64,000 nt of DNA from Acidimicrobiales bacterium (GTDB lineage Bacteria; Actinomycetota; Acidimicrobiia; Acidimicrobiales; Bog-793). Every line of letters begins with the position of its first letter. Positions within the stretch are counted from its first letter, which is position 1. Positions 18,575-30,554 of this stretch are shown here, piece by piece. The translations under genes were made by a program, and so were the position numbers. Location of the stretch: contig JBEKBI010000006.1 of assembly GCA_050015475.1 (NCBI GenBank), positions 7,040 to 71,039 on the forward strand, written 5' to 3'. The notes under the pieces are model-generated. The model searched no databases, had not been told where the DNA came from, and was given only the letters and a program-made list of their open reading frames with translations.

Positions 18575-20025
18575 GCGATATCGGTTACCGCTTCGAGGCG
18601 ACATGGGGAGCGGGAGAGGTCGCCCGTTCCTTCGGTCGGCTCGAGCCGGGCGAGGAGTCTGGTGTCCACATCGTCACCGCTGGTCGCTTGATGCGGTCTC
18701 GGCCCCAGGGCGGGCTTGCCTTCGCGGAGCTTCGGGACTGGACCGGCAGCATTCAGCTCTTCGCGCTCGCGTCGCTTACCCCCAACTTCGAGAAGTTCTG
18801 CCACCTCTCCCTCGGGGACTGGATAGGGGTCGCCGGCGAGGTCGTGCGCACGCGACGGGGTGAGCTGTCCGTCAAGGTCTCCACATGGGAATTACTGGCC
18901 CAGGCCCGCAGGGGGTTCGGCGACAAGTGGCATGGTGTGTCCGACCCGGACATCCGCTATCGCCAGCGCGAGCTCGACCTCTGGGCCAACGACGGGGTGC
19001 GGGAAATCTTCTTGATGCGTTCCAAGGTGATCGCCTCGATACGTCGCCGGCTTGGCGCGGCCGGTTTCGTCGAGGTCGAGACGCCTGTGTTGCACCCGAT
19101 TCCCGGCGGAGCGACGGCGAGGCCATTCGTCACCCACTACAACTCGCTCCATGCCGACGTCTACCTCAGGATCGCGACAGAGCTCTACCTGAAGCGGTGC
19201 GTCGTGGGCGGACTCGAGCGCGTCTTCGAGATCGGGCGGACGTTCCGCAACGAAGGGCTGTCGCCTCGCCACAACCCCGAGTTCACGATGCTCGAGCTCT
19301 ACCAGGCCTACGCCGATTACACCGACATGATGTCGATCTTCGAGAACCTTGTAGGTGGGATAGCCGAGGAGCTGTTCGGCAAGATGGTGATCCCCTACCA
19401 AGGAAGGGAAATCGACCTGACGCCGCCCTGGCGGAGGGCAACCCTCGTCGAGCTCATAGCGGAGCACGCCGGCGTCGAGGTTGACTTGTCCATGGGCGTG
19501 GACGAGCTTCGCCGCATCGCGTTGCGGCTTGAGGTGCCAGTCGAGCCCTGGTACGGGGCCGGCAAGCTCATTCTCGAGATCTACGAGAAGACGACCGAGT
19601 CGGAGCTATGGGGACCGGTATTCGTATGCGACTATCCCCAGGAAGTGTCTCCCCTGGCCCGCGCGCACCGCTCGAAGCCCGGCTACGTAGAGCGCTTCGA
19701 GCCGATAGTCGCGGGTCGCGAACTCGGCAACGCTTTCAGCGAGCTCACCGACCCTGAGGAGCAAAAAGCTCGTTTCGAGGATCAGGAGCGGGGCAAGGCG
19801 CTCGGCGACGACGAGGCGATGAGCTTCGACTCTGACTATCTACGGGCGCTCGAACTCGGACTGCCCCCGACAGGGGGTCTCGGGCTCGGGATCGACCGTC
19901 TGGTGATGCTCTACGCCGACGTCGCGAACATCCGAGAGGTGTTGCTGTTCCCGGCTCTTCGTCCCGAGGAGAAGCCATCCGAGGCACCGCCCGGATCGCC
20001 GGACCATGGAGATCCTGAAGCCTGA
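18571..20025 (+). CDS. lysS: Lysine--tRNA ligase (class II)
   Basis: OB fold followed by YLRIATELYLKR, FRNEG, HNPEFTMLE, GLPPTGGLGLGIDRL. Confidence 0.97.
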   Translation: MSDIGYRFEATWGAGEVARSFGRLEPGEESGVHIVTAGRLMRSRPQGGLAFAELRDWTGSIQLFALASLTPNFEKFCHLSLGDWIGVAGEVVRTRRGELSVKVSTWELLAQARRGFGDKWHGVSDPDIRYRQRELDLWANDGVREIFLMRSKVIASIRRRLGAAGFVEVETPVLHPIPGGATARPFVTHYNSLHADVYLRIATELYLKRCVVGGLERVFEIGRTFRNEGLSPRHNPEFTMLELYQAYADYTDMMSIFENLVGGIAEELFGKMVIPYQGREIDLTPPWRRATLVELIAEHAGVEVDLSMGVDELRRIALRLEVPVEPWYGAGKLILEIYEKTTESELWGPVFVCDYPQEVSPLARAHRSKPGYVERFEPIVAGRELGNAFSELTDPEEQKARFEDQERGKALGDDEAMSFDSDYLRALELGLPPTGGLGLGIDRLVMLYADVANIREVLLFPALRPEEKPSEAPPGSPDHGDPEA

Positions 20026-20050
20026 GCAGCTTCCGGGCCTTCCTGCTCAG
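20022..20050. terminator. Inverted repeat between convergent lysS and prenyl synthase
   Basis: CTGAGCAG...CTGCTCAG is an 8-bp perfect stem with no U-tract. Confidence 0.35.
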
Positions 20051-21105
20051 CTCGGGGCGAGGACTCCTGCCGCCGATCGCTCCAGGTCGTCGACGGCGTT
20101 GTAGCCGAACTCGGTCAGCATCTTCGGTATGAGTCCCTCACCGAGCCGGGCCGCGGCCGCGGCTGCTGCCCTGGCGTAGTTACGGGCGATCTCGTGCGCG
20201 GCCGAGATTCCCGACGATGCCGCCACGAGCGCTCTCGCTTCCTCGCGCTCGCCCTGGTCGAGTGGATGGCCCAAGAGGTCGCGGAGCCTGGGGCCGACGG
20301 CGGGGTCCCTGAGCGCCCGTTGCACCGGGAGGGTGTAGATGCCTTCAGCGAGGTCCTGACCGGGTGGTTTGCCGAGCTCGGACTCGGTGGCGACGATGTC
20401 GAGGACGTCATCGCGGATCTGAAAGACCATCCCGAAGGCCTCGCCGAAGTCCGAGAGAGCTTCGATCCTGGCCTGGCCGAGGCCCGCGGCCAGGCCGCCG
20501 ATGCGGCACGCAGTGGACATGAGCGCCGCCGTCTTGTTGGAGATGCCGCGCAGGTAGTCGGCCTCGGCTCGCTCGATCTGGAAGGCGGACCTCACTTCGG
20601 CCACCTGTCCTTGGCAGAGCCGGCCGAGAGTTGACGCGAGCAGCCCCGCGATCTCGGTGCCCAAGCTCGCCGCGATCTCCGCCGCCCTGGCGAGAAGGAA
20701 GTCGCCTGCCGCGATGGCTACGAGGTTGCCCCAGCGCGCGTTCACGCTTTCCACGTTTCTCCGCTTCGTGGCCTCGTCCATGACGTCGTCGTGATAGAGC
20801 GAGGCAAGGTGCACGAGCTCCACGGCAACGCCTCCGAGCAGGGCCTCGGTCGGGACATCGCCGCTCTGGAGGTAGGAGGCGGTTATCGCCAGCGAGGGCC
20901 TGAGTCGCTTTCCGCCCGCCTGGATGAGGTGTCCTGCGACTTCGTTCAAGAAGTCGTCCTCACCTATGACCGAGTCGCGCAGGACAAGCTCAAGCTGGGC
21001 GAGATCAGCCTCGCGGACAGGCAGGGCGAAGGGGTCCGGGCTGCTCACTAAGCCCGCCACCTTACGCCACAGGGTGCCGAACTCATAGCTGGGCACCCGC
21101 TTCAT
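20047..21105 (-). CDS. Polyprenyl diphosphate synthase
   Basis: GGKRLRP, first Asp-rich motif YHDDVMD...RR, second motif FQIRDDVLD. Confidence 0.93.
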   Translation of the reverse strand: MKRVPSYEFGTLWRKVAGLVSSPDPFALPVREADLAQLELVLRDSVIGEDDFLNEVAGHLIQAGGKRLRPSLAITASYLQSGDVPTEALLGGVAVELVHLASLYHDDVMDEATKRRNVESVNARWGNLVAIAAGDFLLARAAEIAASLGTEIAGLLASTLGRLCQGQVAEVRSAFQIERAEADYLRGISNKTAALMSTACRIGGLAAGLGQARIEALSDFGEAFGMVFQIRDDVLDIVATESELGKPPGQDLAEGIYTLPVQRALRDPAVGPRLRDLLGHPLDQGEREEARALVAASSGISAAHEIARNYARAAAAAAARLGEGLIPKMLTEFGYNAVDDLERSAAGVLAPS

Positions 21106-21331
21106 GACTCCGTGGCACTGTAATCCGCCCCTCTCAGGTCTTCAACACGCCTTGGCGCCAGTCGATCTCGAGCCAACCCGCCGGTCGAGCCAGCTTGTCC
21201 CTGGGCAAACAACTAAGGGTCGAGTCGTGTTATTCCGATGCTAAGTACGGGTGCGGGCTTGCGTGGCGGCGGGTTTTCGCGCACCGGACCGGTAGACTTC
21301 CTCTCCAGGGAAGACCATAAGGGAGCATGAC

Positions 21332-23818
<2,487 letters not shown>

Positions 23819-23891
23819 GCTTCTCGGAGGCTCACGGACTGACGTCTCGAGCCCCAGCTGGAGTGAGACAACCGGTCCGTAGCGTCGAGCT

Positions 23892-25385
23892 ATGACGCGA
23901 CCGAAGACCATCCACCGCTGCCAGGCGTGCGGACATGGCTCGTATCGCTGGTCGGGCCGTTGCCCGGCGTGCGGAGAGTGGAACACCCTCTTCGAGGAGT
24001 TGGTCGTTCCCGCCCCGTCGGCGAGGGCGGAAGGCGCAGTGAACGAGCTGTCGCGCCTGCGAGGCGCCGGGCCTGGCCCGACACCAGTCCCGCTCGGGCA
24101 GATCAGCAGCGAGGGCGCGGCGGCGGTGCCGACCGGAGTCGACGAACTCGACCGAGTCCTCGGTGGTGGGCTCGTCGCCGGCTCGGTGACGGTGCTGGGT
24201 GGCGAGCCGGGGGTTGGCAAGTCCACGCTCGTGCTCCAGGCACTCGCGGGCGCCGCGGCCCAGCAACGTACCTCGCTCCTTGTCGCGGCGGAGGAGTCAG
24301 GCGAACAAGTCCGTCGCCGGGCTGAGCGTCTCGGGGCGGCTGTGGACGAGTGCTATGTGCTCGCGACCACGGACCTTGACTCTGTGATCAGCGCCGCCGG
24401 CCAGCTCGAGCCTTCGATCTTGGTCGTCGACTCGATCCAGGCGATCTCCTGTTCGGCATGCGGGTCCCAGGCCGGGTCGCCGAACCAGGTCAGGGAGTGC
24501 GCCGGCCGCTTGGTGCGCTACGCGAAGGCGCTCGGCGTCGCGACTCTGATCGTCGGGCACGTCACCAAAGACGGAGCGCTTGCCGGTCCGAGAACGCTCG
24601 AGCACCTGGTCGACACCGTGCTCTCCTTCGACGGTGACAGGCACCAGTCTCTCCGGATGCTGTCGGCCTCCAAGCACCGCTACGGCCCCACCGGTGAGCT
24701 CGGGCTGTTCGAGATGACCGAGTCCGGGCTCCGGGGGCTGGCGGATCCGAGCGCGGTGCTGCTCGGGGACCGTCATCGCGGCGTGGCGGGCAGCATCGCG
24801 GTGCCGGTCATCGAGGGTCGCAGGCCGATCATCATCGAGGTGCAGGGACTCGTCGGGCCGCCGACCTCCGGGGTACCGAGGAGGGTTGCCCAAGGTGTCG
24901 TCGCCGGACGCCTCGCCCTCCTGCTTGCGGTCCTCGAGCGCCGGTGCAACATCGCTCTCGCGAGCTCGGACGTGTTCGTCTCCACCGTGGGAGGCCTGCG
25001 CGTGAACGAGCCCGCCGCAGACCTCGGCATCGCATTATCCCTGGTGTCGGCTGTGACCGGCGTCCCCATCGGAGAGGACACGGTCGCTTGCGGCGAAGTC
25101 GGGCTGGCTGGCGAGCTCCGCCAGGTCCAGGCCGGCGAGCGCCGGCTGACTGAGGCCGCCAGGCTCGGCTTCCGCCGCGCGATCGTGCCGAAATCCGCTC
25201 CCGAAGGTCCAGTCGAACTTGAGCTGCTCAGAGCAGGTACCCTGCTAGAGGCAGTGGAGTTGTTGTTCGGCGCGGACGCTGCCGCCAAATCGCGCCATAG
25301 GACCGGGCCCGGCGGCGGTTCCGAGTTGAGCGGCGACCGCGACCTCCGTACCCTGGTGAAGAACCCAGCTTCCCTCGTTTCGTGA
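23892..25385 (+). CDS. radA: DNA repair protein RadA/Sms
   Basis: C4 zinc finger CQACG...CPACG, GEPGVGKST, KHRYG, Lon-like C-terminus. Confidence 0.96.
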   Translation: MTRPKTIHRCQACGHGSYRWSGRCPACGEWNTLFEELVVPAPSARAEGAVNELSRLRGAGPGPTPVPLGQISSEGAAAVPTGVDELDRVLGGGLVAGSVTVLGGEPGVGKSTLVLQALAGAAAQQRTSLLVAAEESGEQVRRRAERLGAAVDECYVLATTDLDSVISAAGQLEPSILVVDSIQAISCSACGSQAGSPNQVRECAGRLVRYAKALGVATLIVGHVTKDGALAGPRTLEHLVDTVLSFDGDRHQSLRMLSASKHRYGPTGELGLFEMTESGLRGLADPSAVLLGDRHRGVAGSIAVPVIEGRRPIIIEVQGLVGPPTSGVPRRVAQGVVAGRLALLLAVLERRCNIALASSDVFVSTVGGLRVNEPAADLGIALSLVSAVTGVPIGEDTVACGEVGLAGELRQVQAGERRLTEAARLGFRRAIVPKSAPEGPVELELLRAGTLLEAVELLFGADAAAKSRHRTGPGGGSELSGDRDLRTLVKNPASLVS

Positions 25386-25394
25386 GGAGTTCCA

Positions 25395-25871
25395 TTGTTT
25401 GATGTCGGGGACAAGGTCGTGTATCCCCACCACGGTGCCGCAGTCGTAGAACGGCGTGAGATGCGAGAGGCCTTCGGCGTTAACCGCGAGTACTTGGTAC
25501 TCCGGCTCGCCTACGGGGATCTGACTCTCATGGTGCCGTCCGACAACACCGCAGAGGTCGGGCTTCGAGAGGTCATCAACGACGAGGAGGTGGAGGAGGT
25601 CTTCGCAGTCCTCGGCAAGAAGGAAGCGAGGATGCCCACCAACTGGTCCCGCCGCTACAAGAACCACGTCGAGAAGCTCAAGTCGGGCGATATCTACCAG
25701 GTGGCCGAAGTGGTGCGGAACCTCTCGATTCGGGACAAGGACCGTGGCCTGTCTGCAGGCGAGAAGCGGATGCTCACGCGCGCGCGGCAGATACTCGTCT
25801 CGGAGTTGACGTTCGCAATCGGCGTAAGCGAGGCCGAGGCGGAGGAGCGCCTCAACGCCGCTCTGCCCTAG
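25395..25871 (+). CDS. carD: CarD transcriptional regulator
   Basis: FDVGDKVVYPHHGAA, NWSRRYK, GLSAGEKRML. Confidence 0.96.
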   Translation: MFDVGDKVVYPHHGAAVVERREMREAFGVNREYLVLRLAYGDLTLMVPSDNTAEVGLREVINDEEVEEVFAVLGKKEARMPTNWSRRYKNHVEKLKSGDIYQVAEVVRNLSIRDKDRGLSAGEKRMLTRARQILVSELTFAIGVSEAEAEERLNAALP

Positions 25872-25892
25872 AGCAGGGCGCGCGACTGGCGC

Positions 25893-26537
25893 GTGAGCGT
25901 CGAAGTCTGGGCGATCGTCGTCGCCGGCGGCGAAGGGCGGCGCTTCGGCCAACACAAGCAGTTCGCCGATCTCGGCGGACGGCCGGTGATCGAATGGAGC
26001 CTCGAGGTGTCGCGCTCGGTGGCCCGGGGCGTGGTGGCCGTCGTGCCCGAGTCGTTCGTCACCAGCCCCGGTATCGGGAAGGGTGCCGATCGCGTCATCG
26101 CCGGAGGCTCGACCCGGGCCGCCTCGGTTCGCAGGGGCCTGGCGGCCGTCCCGGACAACGCGGGAGTCATTGTCGTCCACGACGCGGCCCGTCCCCTTGC
26201 TTCGGCGGAGTTGTTCCGCGGCGTGGTCGCGGCCGTTCTCGGTGGGGCGGACGGCGCCATTCCGTGCCTTCCGGTCGCGGACACGGTGAAGCGGGTACGT
26301 AACGACCGAGTGCTGGAGACAATCGACCGCAGCGAGCTCGTGGCGGTCCAGACCCCCCAGGCGTTTCGTGCTGCAGCGCTGCGACGCGCCCACGAAGGAG
26401 AGCCCGAGGCGACCGACGACGCCGCCCTGCTTGAGGCGCTCGGCTTGAGCGTTGTGGTCGTCCCCGGCGAGTACCACAATCTCAAGCTGACCTCGCCCGA
26501 CGATCTTGCAACCGCAGAGAGGTGGAGCACCAGATGA
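25893..26537 (+). CDS. ispD: 2-C-methyl-D-erythritol 4-phosphate cytidylyltransferase
   Basis: VAGGEGRRFG..KQF, VHDAARP, QTPQAF, TDDA, NLKLT. Confidence 0.95.
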   Translation: MSVEVWAIVVAGGEGRRFGQHKQFADLGGRPVIEWSLEVSRSVARGVVAVVPESFVTSPGIGKGADRVIAGGSTRAASVRRGLAAVPDNAGVIVVHDAARPLASAELFRGVVAAVLGGADGAIPCLPVADTVKRVRNDRVLETIDRSELVAVQTPQAFRAAALRRAHEGEPEATDDAALLEALGLSVVVVPGEYHNLKLTSPDDLATAERWSTR

Positions 26538-27025
26538 CCAAAGTGCGCGTGGGGATCGGTTTCGATCAGCACGCCTTCGTCGCCTCGGCCGAGGAGAACC
26601 GGCCTCTCGTACTCGGAGGTGTCACCTTCGACGCCGAGCGCGGGCTTCGGGGACACAGTGACGCCGACGTCGTGGCCCACGCGGTGGCGGACGCGATGCT
26701 CGGTGCCGCCTCTCTCGGAGACCTGGGCGCACATTTCCCCGACAGTGACCCGCGATGGGCAGACGCAGACAGTCTCACCCTGCTGGCAAGAGTCGCGTCG
26801 ATTGTGAAGTCGGCCGGGCTGCAGCTTTCGAACGCTGATTGCACCGTGATTTGTGAGAATCCACGGATAGGCAGAGCGCGTGAGAACATGATGGAGCGGC
26901 TCAGCGCGGCGGCATCAGGCCCCGTGCACGTGAAGGCGACCCGTCCGGAAGGGCTGGGGAGCCTGGGGCGCGGCGAGGGAATCGCTTGCCTCGCGACGGC
27001 GCTGCTCGAGGAGATTGGTTCTTGA
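26534..27025 (+). CDS. ispF: 2-C-methyl-D-erythritol 2,4-cyclodiphosphate synthase
   Basis: GIGFDQH, GHSDADVVAHA, GDLGAHFP, GRGEGIA. Confidence 0.95.
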   Translation: MTKVRVGIGFDQHAFVASAEENRPLVLGGVTFDAERGLRGHSDADVVAHAVADAMLGAASLGDLGAHFPDSDPRWADADSLTLLARVASIVKSAGLQLSNADCTVICENPRIGRARENMMERLSAAASGPVHVKATRPEGLGSLGRGEGIACLATALLEEIGS

Positions 27026-28680
27026 TGCCAGAAAGCAACAAGGGAGACGGCGCGGCTCGCGGCCCGCGCCCAGGTGCCGGCCGAGGGGCGAGTTCCCGAG
27101 GTGGGGCCGCTGGGCGCCCGGCTTCTGGGTCCTCCGGTGGAGCGCGTCACGACCGAGGCAGAGCAGGCGGTGCCCGGGCCGGTTCGTCGCGGACGGGAGG
27201 CACTCGAGACGGGCTCGGTGGCGCGCCAACAGCGCGTGGAGCCGGTTTCCAGACAGGCCGAGGGAGGCCAGGCGCTGTCGGCGGTTCGGGGTATCGCGGT
27301 TCGAGCGCCGGGCTTGGCAGCGCCGGCAGCCAGCGTCCTGCCGCTGCGGGAAGGTCCGACGACGCCACAGGGTCCCGCTATCGCGGTGGTGGCTCGGCCG
27401 GCGCGGGAGGCGCCGCCCAGGGTCGGCGCCCGCAAGGATCTCGCGCCACGCCGCAACGCGGCATGGACCGAAGCGCCTCGAGTGGCGGTTGGAACAGGCC
27501 AGGGCCTCGACGCGAACGACCCGGTGCCCGCCGAGAGACCGAAAACGAAAGGTTCTCCGATTCCGGCCCTGTTCCGAGCTCAATAGGGCGCGCGGCGAGT
27601 TCCGGTCGCAATCTCTGGCCCCGGGCCCCCCGCCCTCCGCGCTCGGACGTACCCGGAGGTTCCAAAAGGGAGTCCGGTTACGGGAACCGAGGCGCTTCAC
27701 GGTCTTCGGGAGCGTCGCGTCCGGCTCCGGTCCGTCGGTCTGCGACCTCCGGCGGCTACCCAAGGCAGTCACAGCCCCGAAGGAGCCAGGCCGGTCCCGG
27801 CAAACCTTTCGGCCGGGGTGCTCGCGCCGCCGAGAGCTATGGGGGGCGCGGATCCGCTGCCGCTCGTCGAGAGCTGGGCGGTGATCAGGTCGAAGGGCGC
27901 CAGGCGGTGAGGGAGCTGCTTGTCGCGCAGCGGCGGGCCGTCCGCGAGGTGTGGATGATGGAGGGTTCCGATCCGGCCGCGATCCTGCGCGAGATCGAGT
28001 CGTTGGCCCGCTCGAGCCATGTCCCGGTCCGGCTCGTCACCCAGCGCCAGATCCAGGAGGTGCAGGGCTCAGAGGCCCCCCAGGGCGTCGTCGCCTTCGC
28101 CGAACCCCTCCAGGAGGCAGACCTGTCAGATCTGGTCGGCCTCGCCCCGATAGTCGGGCAACCCGACGTAGTGGGCGAGGGCGAGGCCAGCCCGTCCGCC
28201 AAGCCGAGCCCGGCCGCTTTCTTGGTTGTCGTCGACGGAGTCACCGACCCCCAGAACCTGGGGGCGCTTCTGCGCAGCGCGGAATGTGCCGGCGTAACAG
28301 GAGTCGTCCTCCCACGCCATCGCAGTGCGCACGTGACGCCGACGGTTGCCAAGGTGGCGGCTGGCGCGATCGAGCACGTCAGCGTCGCCGTTGTGCCCGG
28401 AGTGCCCGGGGCGCTGCAGGAGCTCGAACGCCTCGGAGTGTGGGCGATCGGACTCGACGAGAAGGGGACGGAGCCGCTTTTCTGCCTCGAGCTTGGTGAC
28501 CGGCCCATCGCGCTCGTCATCGGAGCCGAGGGGCGTGGCCTCGCGCCGCTCTCGCGTCAGCGGTGTGACGTGCTAGCGCGAATACCACTGCACGGGACCA
28601 TCGATTCGCTCAACGTCTCGGCGGCTGGGGCCGTGGCGATGTTCGAGGTCGCGCGACAGCGCTCATCGCAGGCGACCTAG
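27025..28680 (+). CDS. rlmB: 23S rRNA (guanosine-2'-O)-methyltransferase RlmB with long Arg/Gly-rich N-terminal extension
   Basis: SPOUT motifs DGVTDPQNLGALLRSA, IGAEGRG, SLNVSAAG. ATG overlaps the ispF stop (TGATG) and has a GAGGAG RBS. Confidence 0.88.
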   Translation: MPESNKGDGAARGPRPGAGRGASSRGGAAGRPASGSSGGARHDRGRAGGARAGSSRTGGTRDGLGGAPTARGAGFQTGRGRPGAVGGSGYRGSSAGLGSAGSQRPAAAGRSDDATGSRYRGGGSAGAGGAAQGRRPQGSRATPQRGMDRSASSGGWNRPGPRRERPGARRETENERFSDSGPVPSSIGRAASSGRNLWPRAPRPPRSDVPGGSKRESGYGNRGASRSSGASRPAPVRRSATSGGYPRQSQPRRSQAGPGKPFGRGARAAESYGGRGSAAARRELGGDQVEGRQAVRELLVAQRRAVREVWMMEGSDPAAILREIESLARSSHVPVRLVTQRQIQEVQGSEAPQGVVAFAEPLQEADLSDLVGLAPIVGQPDVVGEGEASPSAKPSPAAFLVVVDGVTDPQNLGALLRSAECAGVTGVVLPRHRSAHVTPTVAKVAAGAIEHVSVAVVPGVPGALQELERLGVWAIGLDEKGTEPLFCLELGDRPIALVIGAEGRGLAPLSRQRCDVLARIPLHGTIDSLNVSAAGAVAMFEVARQRSSQAT

Positions 28681-28743
28681 GGGTCTTCGCCGCCCGTACC
28701 GGCGGCACGCGCCGGATCGGACTGGCCGAACAGGTCTTTGGCG

Positions 28744-30018
28744 CTACGCCTGCCGCGAGGAAATCGGCACGTAATCGCGACGCCGGTGCCCGACGTAGAG
28801 CTGCCGCGGACGAGCGATCCTCGTCGTCTGTTCCGCCATCTCGATCCAGTGAGCGACCCAGCCTGCAACACGCGGCACCGCGAACAGCACAGGGAACATC
28901 TCGATCGGGAATCCCATCGCCTGGTAGATGAGGCCCGAGTAGAAGTCGATGTTCGGATACAGCTTGCGGGAGACGAAGTAATCGTCGGCGAGGGCGACCT
29001 CTTCGAGCCCGAGCGCGATGTCGAGCAGGGGGTTCGTCCCGGTGACCTCGAACACGTCGTAGGCGAGCTTTTGGATGAGTTTCGCCCGTGGGTCGTAGTT
29101 CTTGTAGACGCGATGGCCGAACCCCTGCAGTCGCCCGTGACCTTCCTTCACGGCGCGCACGAAATCGGGGACGTTTTCCAAGGACCCGATATCGGCGAGC
29201 ATTCGCACGACGGCCTCGTTGGCGCCGCCGTGGAGCGGGCCGTAGAGGGCGGCGCAGGCGGCGGCACAAGAGGAGTAAATGTCGACCTGCGACGAGCCGA
29301 CCATGCGCATCGCGGCCGTCGAGCAGTTCTGCTCGTGGTCGGCATGCAGGATGAACAAAGCGTCCATGGCGCGCACGAGGACGGGGTCGGGCTCGTATCG
29401 GGCTTCTGGGGTCTTCAGGACCATCGATAAGAAGTTCGAAGGGAAGTTGTGAGTGCTGTCCGGGTAGACGAACGGCATCCCGACGCTGTAGCGGTGCGCC
29501 GCCGCGGCGAGGGTCGGCATTTTCGCGATGAGCCGGATGACCTGCCGGTGGCGGTTGTCGGGGTCGGAGGTGTTGCTGGCTTCCGGGTAGTAGGTCGACA
29601 GGGCGGCGATCGCCGATACGAGCATTCCCATGGGGTGGGCGTCGTACTTGAACCCCTCGAGGAAGCGCTTTCGCATGTTCTCGTGGATGAAGGTGTGGTA
29701 CGTGATCTCCTCGACCCAAGCGGCCAGTTGCGCGGCAGTGGGCAGTTCGCCATAGAGCAGGAGATATGCGACCTCCAAGTAGGTCGATTTCTCCGCCAGC
29801 TGCTCGATGGGATAGCCGCGGTACTCAAGGACGCCCTTGTCGCCGTCGGTAAAGGTGATGGCACTTCTTGCCGCCGCGGTCGTCATGAAGGCGGGGTCGT
29901 AGAACCAGATGCCGGGAAGCAGCTTGGCCCACTCATCCGCCGAGACTCCTCCGTCGATGATCGGGATCTCGATCGACTGACCGTTGCGGTTATCCGTGAT
30001 CGTCACGCTGTCCACCAC
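28744..30018 (-). CDS. gltA: Citrate synthase
   Basis: YRGYPIEQL, HADHEQNCST, GPLHGGANE, GFGHRVYK, YPNIDFYSG. Confidence 0.96.
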   Translation of the reverse strand: MVDSVTITDNRNGQSIEIPIIDGGVSADEWAKLLPGIWFYDPAFMTTAAARSAITFTDGDKGVLEYRGYPIEQLAEKSTYLEVAYLLLYGELPTAAQLAAWVEEITYHTFIHENMRKRFLEGFKYDAHPMGMLVSAIAALSTYYPEASNTSDPDNRHRQVIRLIAKMPTLAAAAHRYSVGMPFVYPDSTHNFPSNFLSMVLKTPEARYEPDPVLVRAMDALFILHADHEQNCSTAAMRMVGSSQVDIYSSCAAACAALYGPLHGGANEAVVRMLADIGSLENVPDFVRAVKEGHGRLQGFGHRVYKNYDPRAKLIQKLAYDVFEVTGTNPLLDIALGLEEVALADDYFVSRKLYPNIDFYSGLIYQAMGFPIEMFPVLFAVPRVAGWVAHWIEMAEQTTRIARPRQLYVGHRRRDYVPISSRQA

Positions 30019-30554
30019 GACTTCCACCTCCAATCGGCCTCGTTGCCGGCTGACGCAGTGAAGCCTCGGCCCTTTCGTTCATGCGGGCCGGCCTGCGCAG
30101 TCCGCACATACTAGGGCGACGCCGGACGGGTCCATTTTGGGAGACTGACCAAGTCGCATTCGAGACTCGCCGTCAGGGCTCGGAACTGGCCCGGCCTCCC
30201 TTATTGGTGCTCGGCGATTATCATGCCGGGCGCCTCTCATGCGCTCTGCGCCGGGCGCGCTCGGCGCCGAGTTGGCTCGGAACCGCGCCGGCTGGTCATC
30301 ATGGTGAATCAGGCGCGGTAGCCGGCGTTCCCGAGCGCCATGGTGGAGGGACTGAATCGTGTGCTGCTGCAAGGTGGGAGGTTGAGTTGTCGAAGCTGAC
30401 TGCGGCGCCTTGGCCCGACCGAGCGGCGCCCTGGCCGGGTCTTCGGTGCCTCGCCAGCACAGGTCCGCACCCGTTTGCTCCTCGGGGTCAAGGTTCGCCC
30501 GGCATCTCGGCTCGAGCCGTCCCGGCCGGGCTCACCACCCGGAAGGCTTGACTG

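Noticed and set aside
21195-21210. TTGTCCCTGGGCAAAC upstream of clpC as a ClgR-like operator
   Set aside because: Poor match to the CGC-N5-GCG core and an imperfect palindrome, so it cannot be supported.
30330-30420. GGTGGAGGGACTG resembling the SAM-I riboswitch core
   Set aside because: Lacks the following GCCC, the GCAACC and GTGC elements and a P1 helix. The downstream gene is not sulfur-related.
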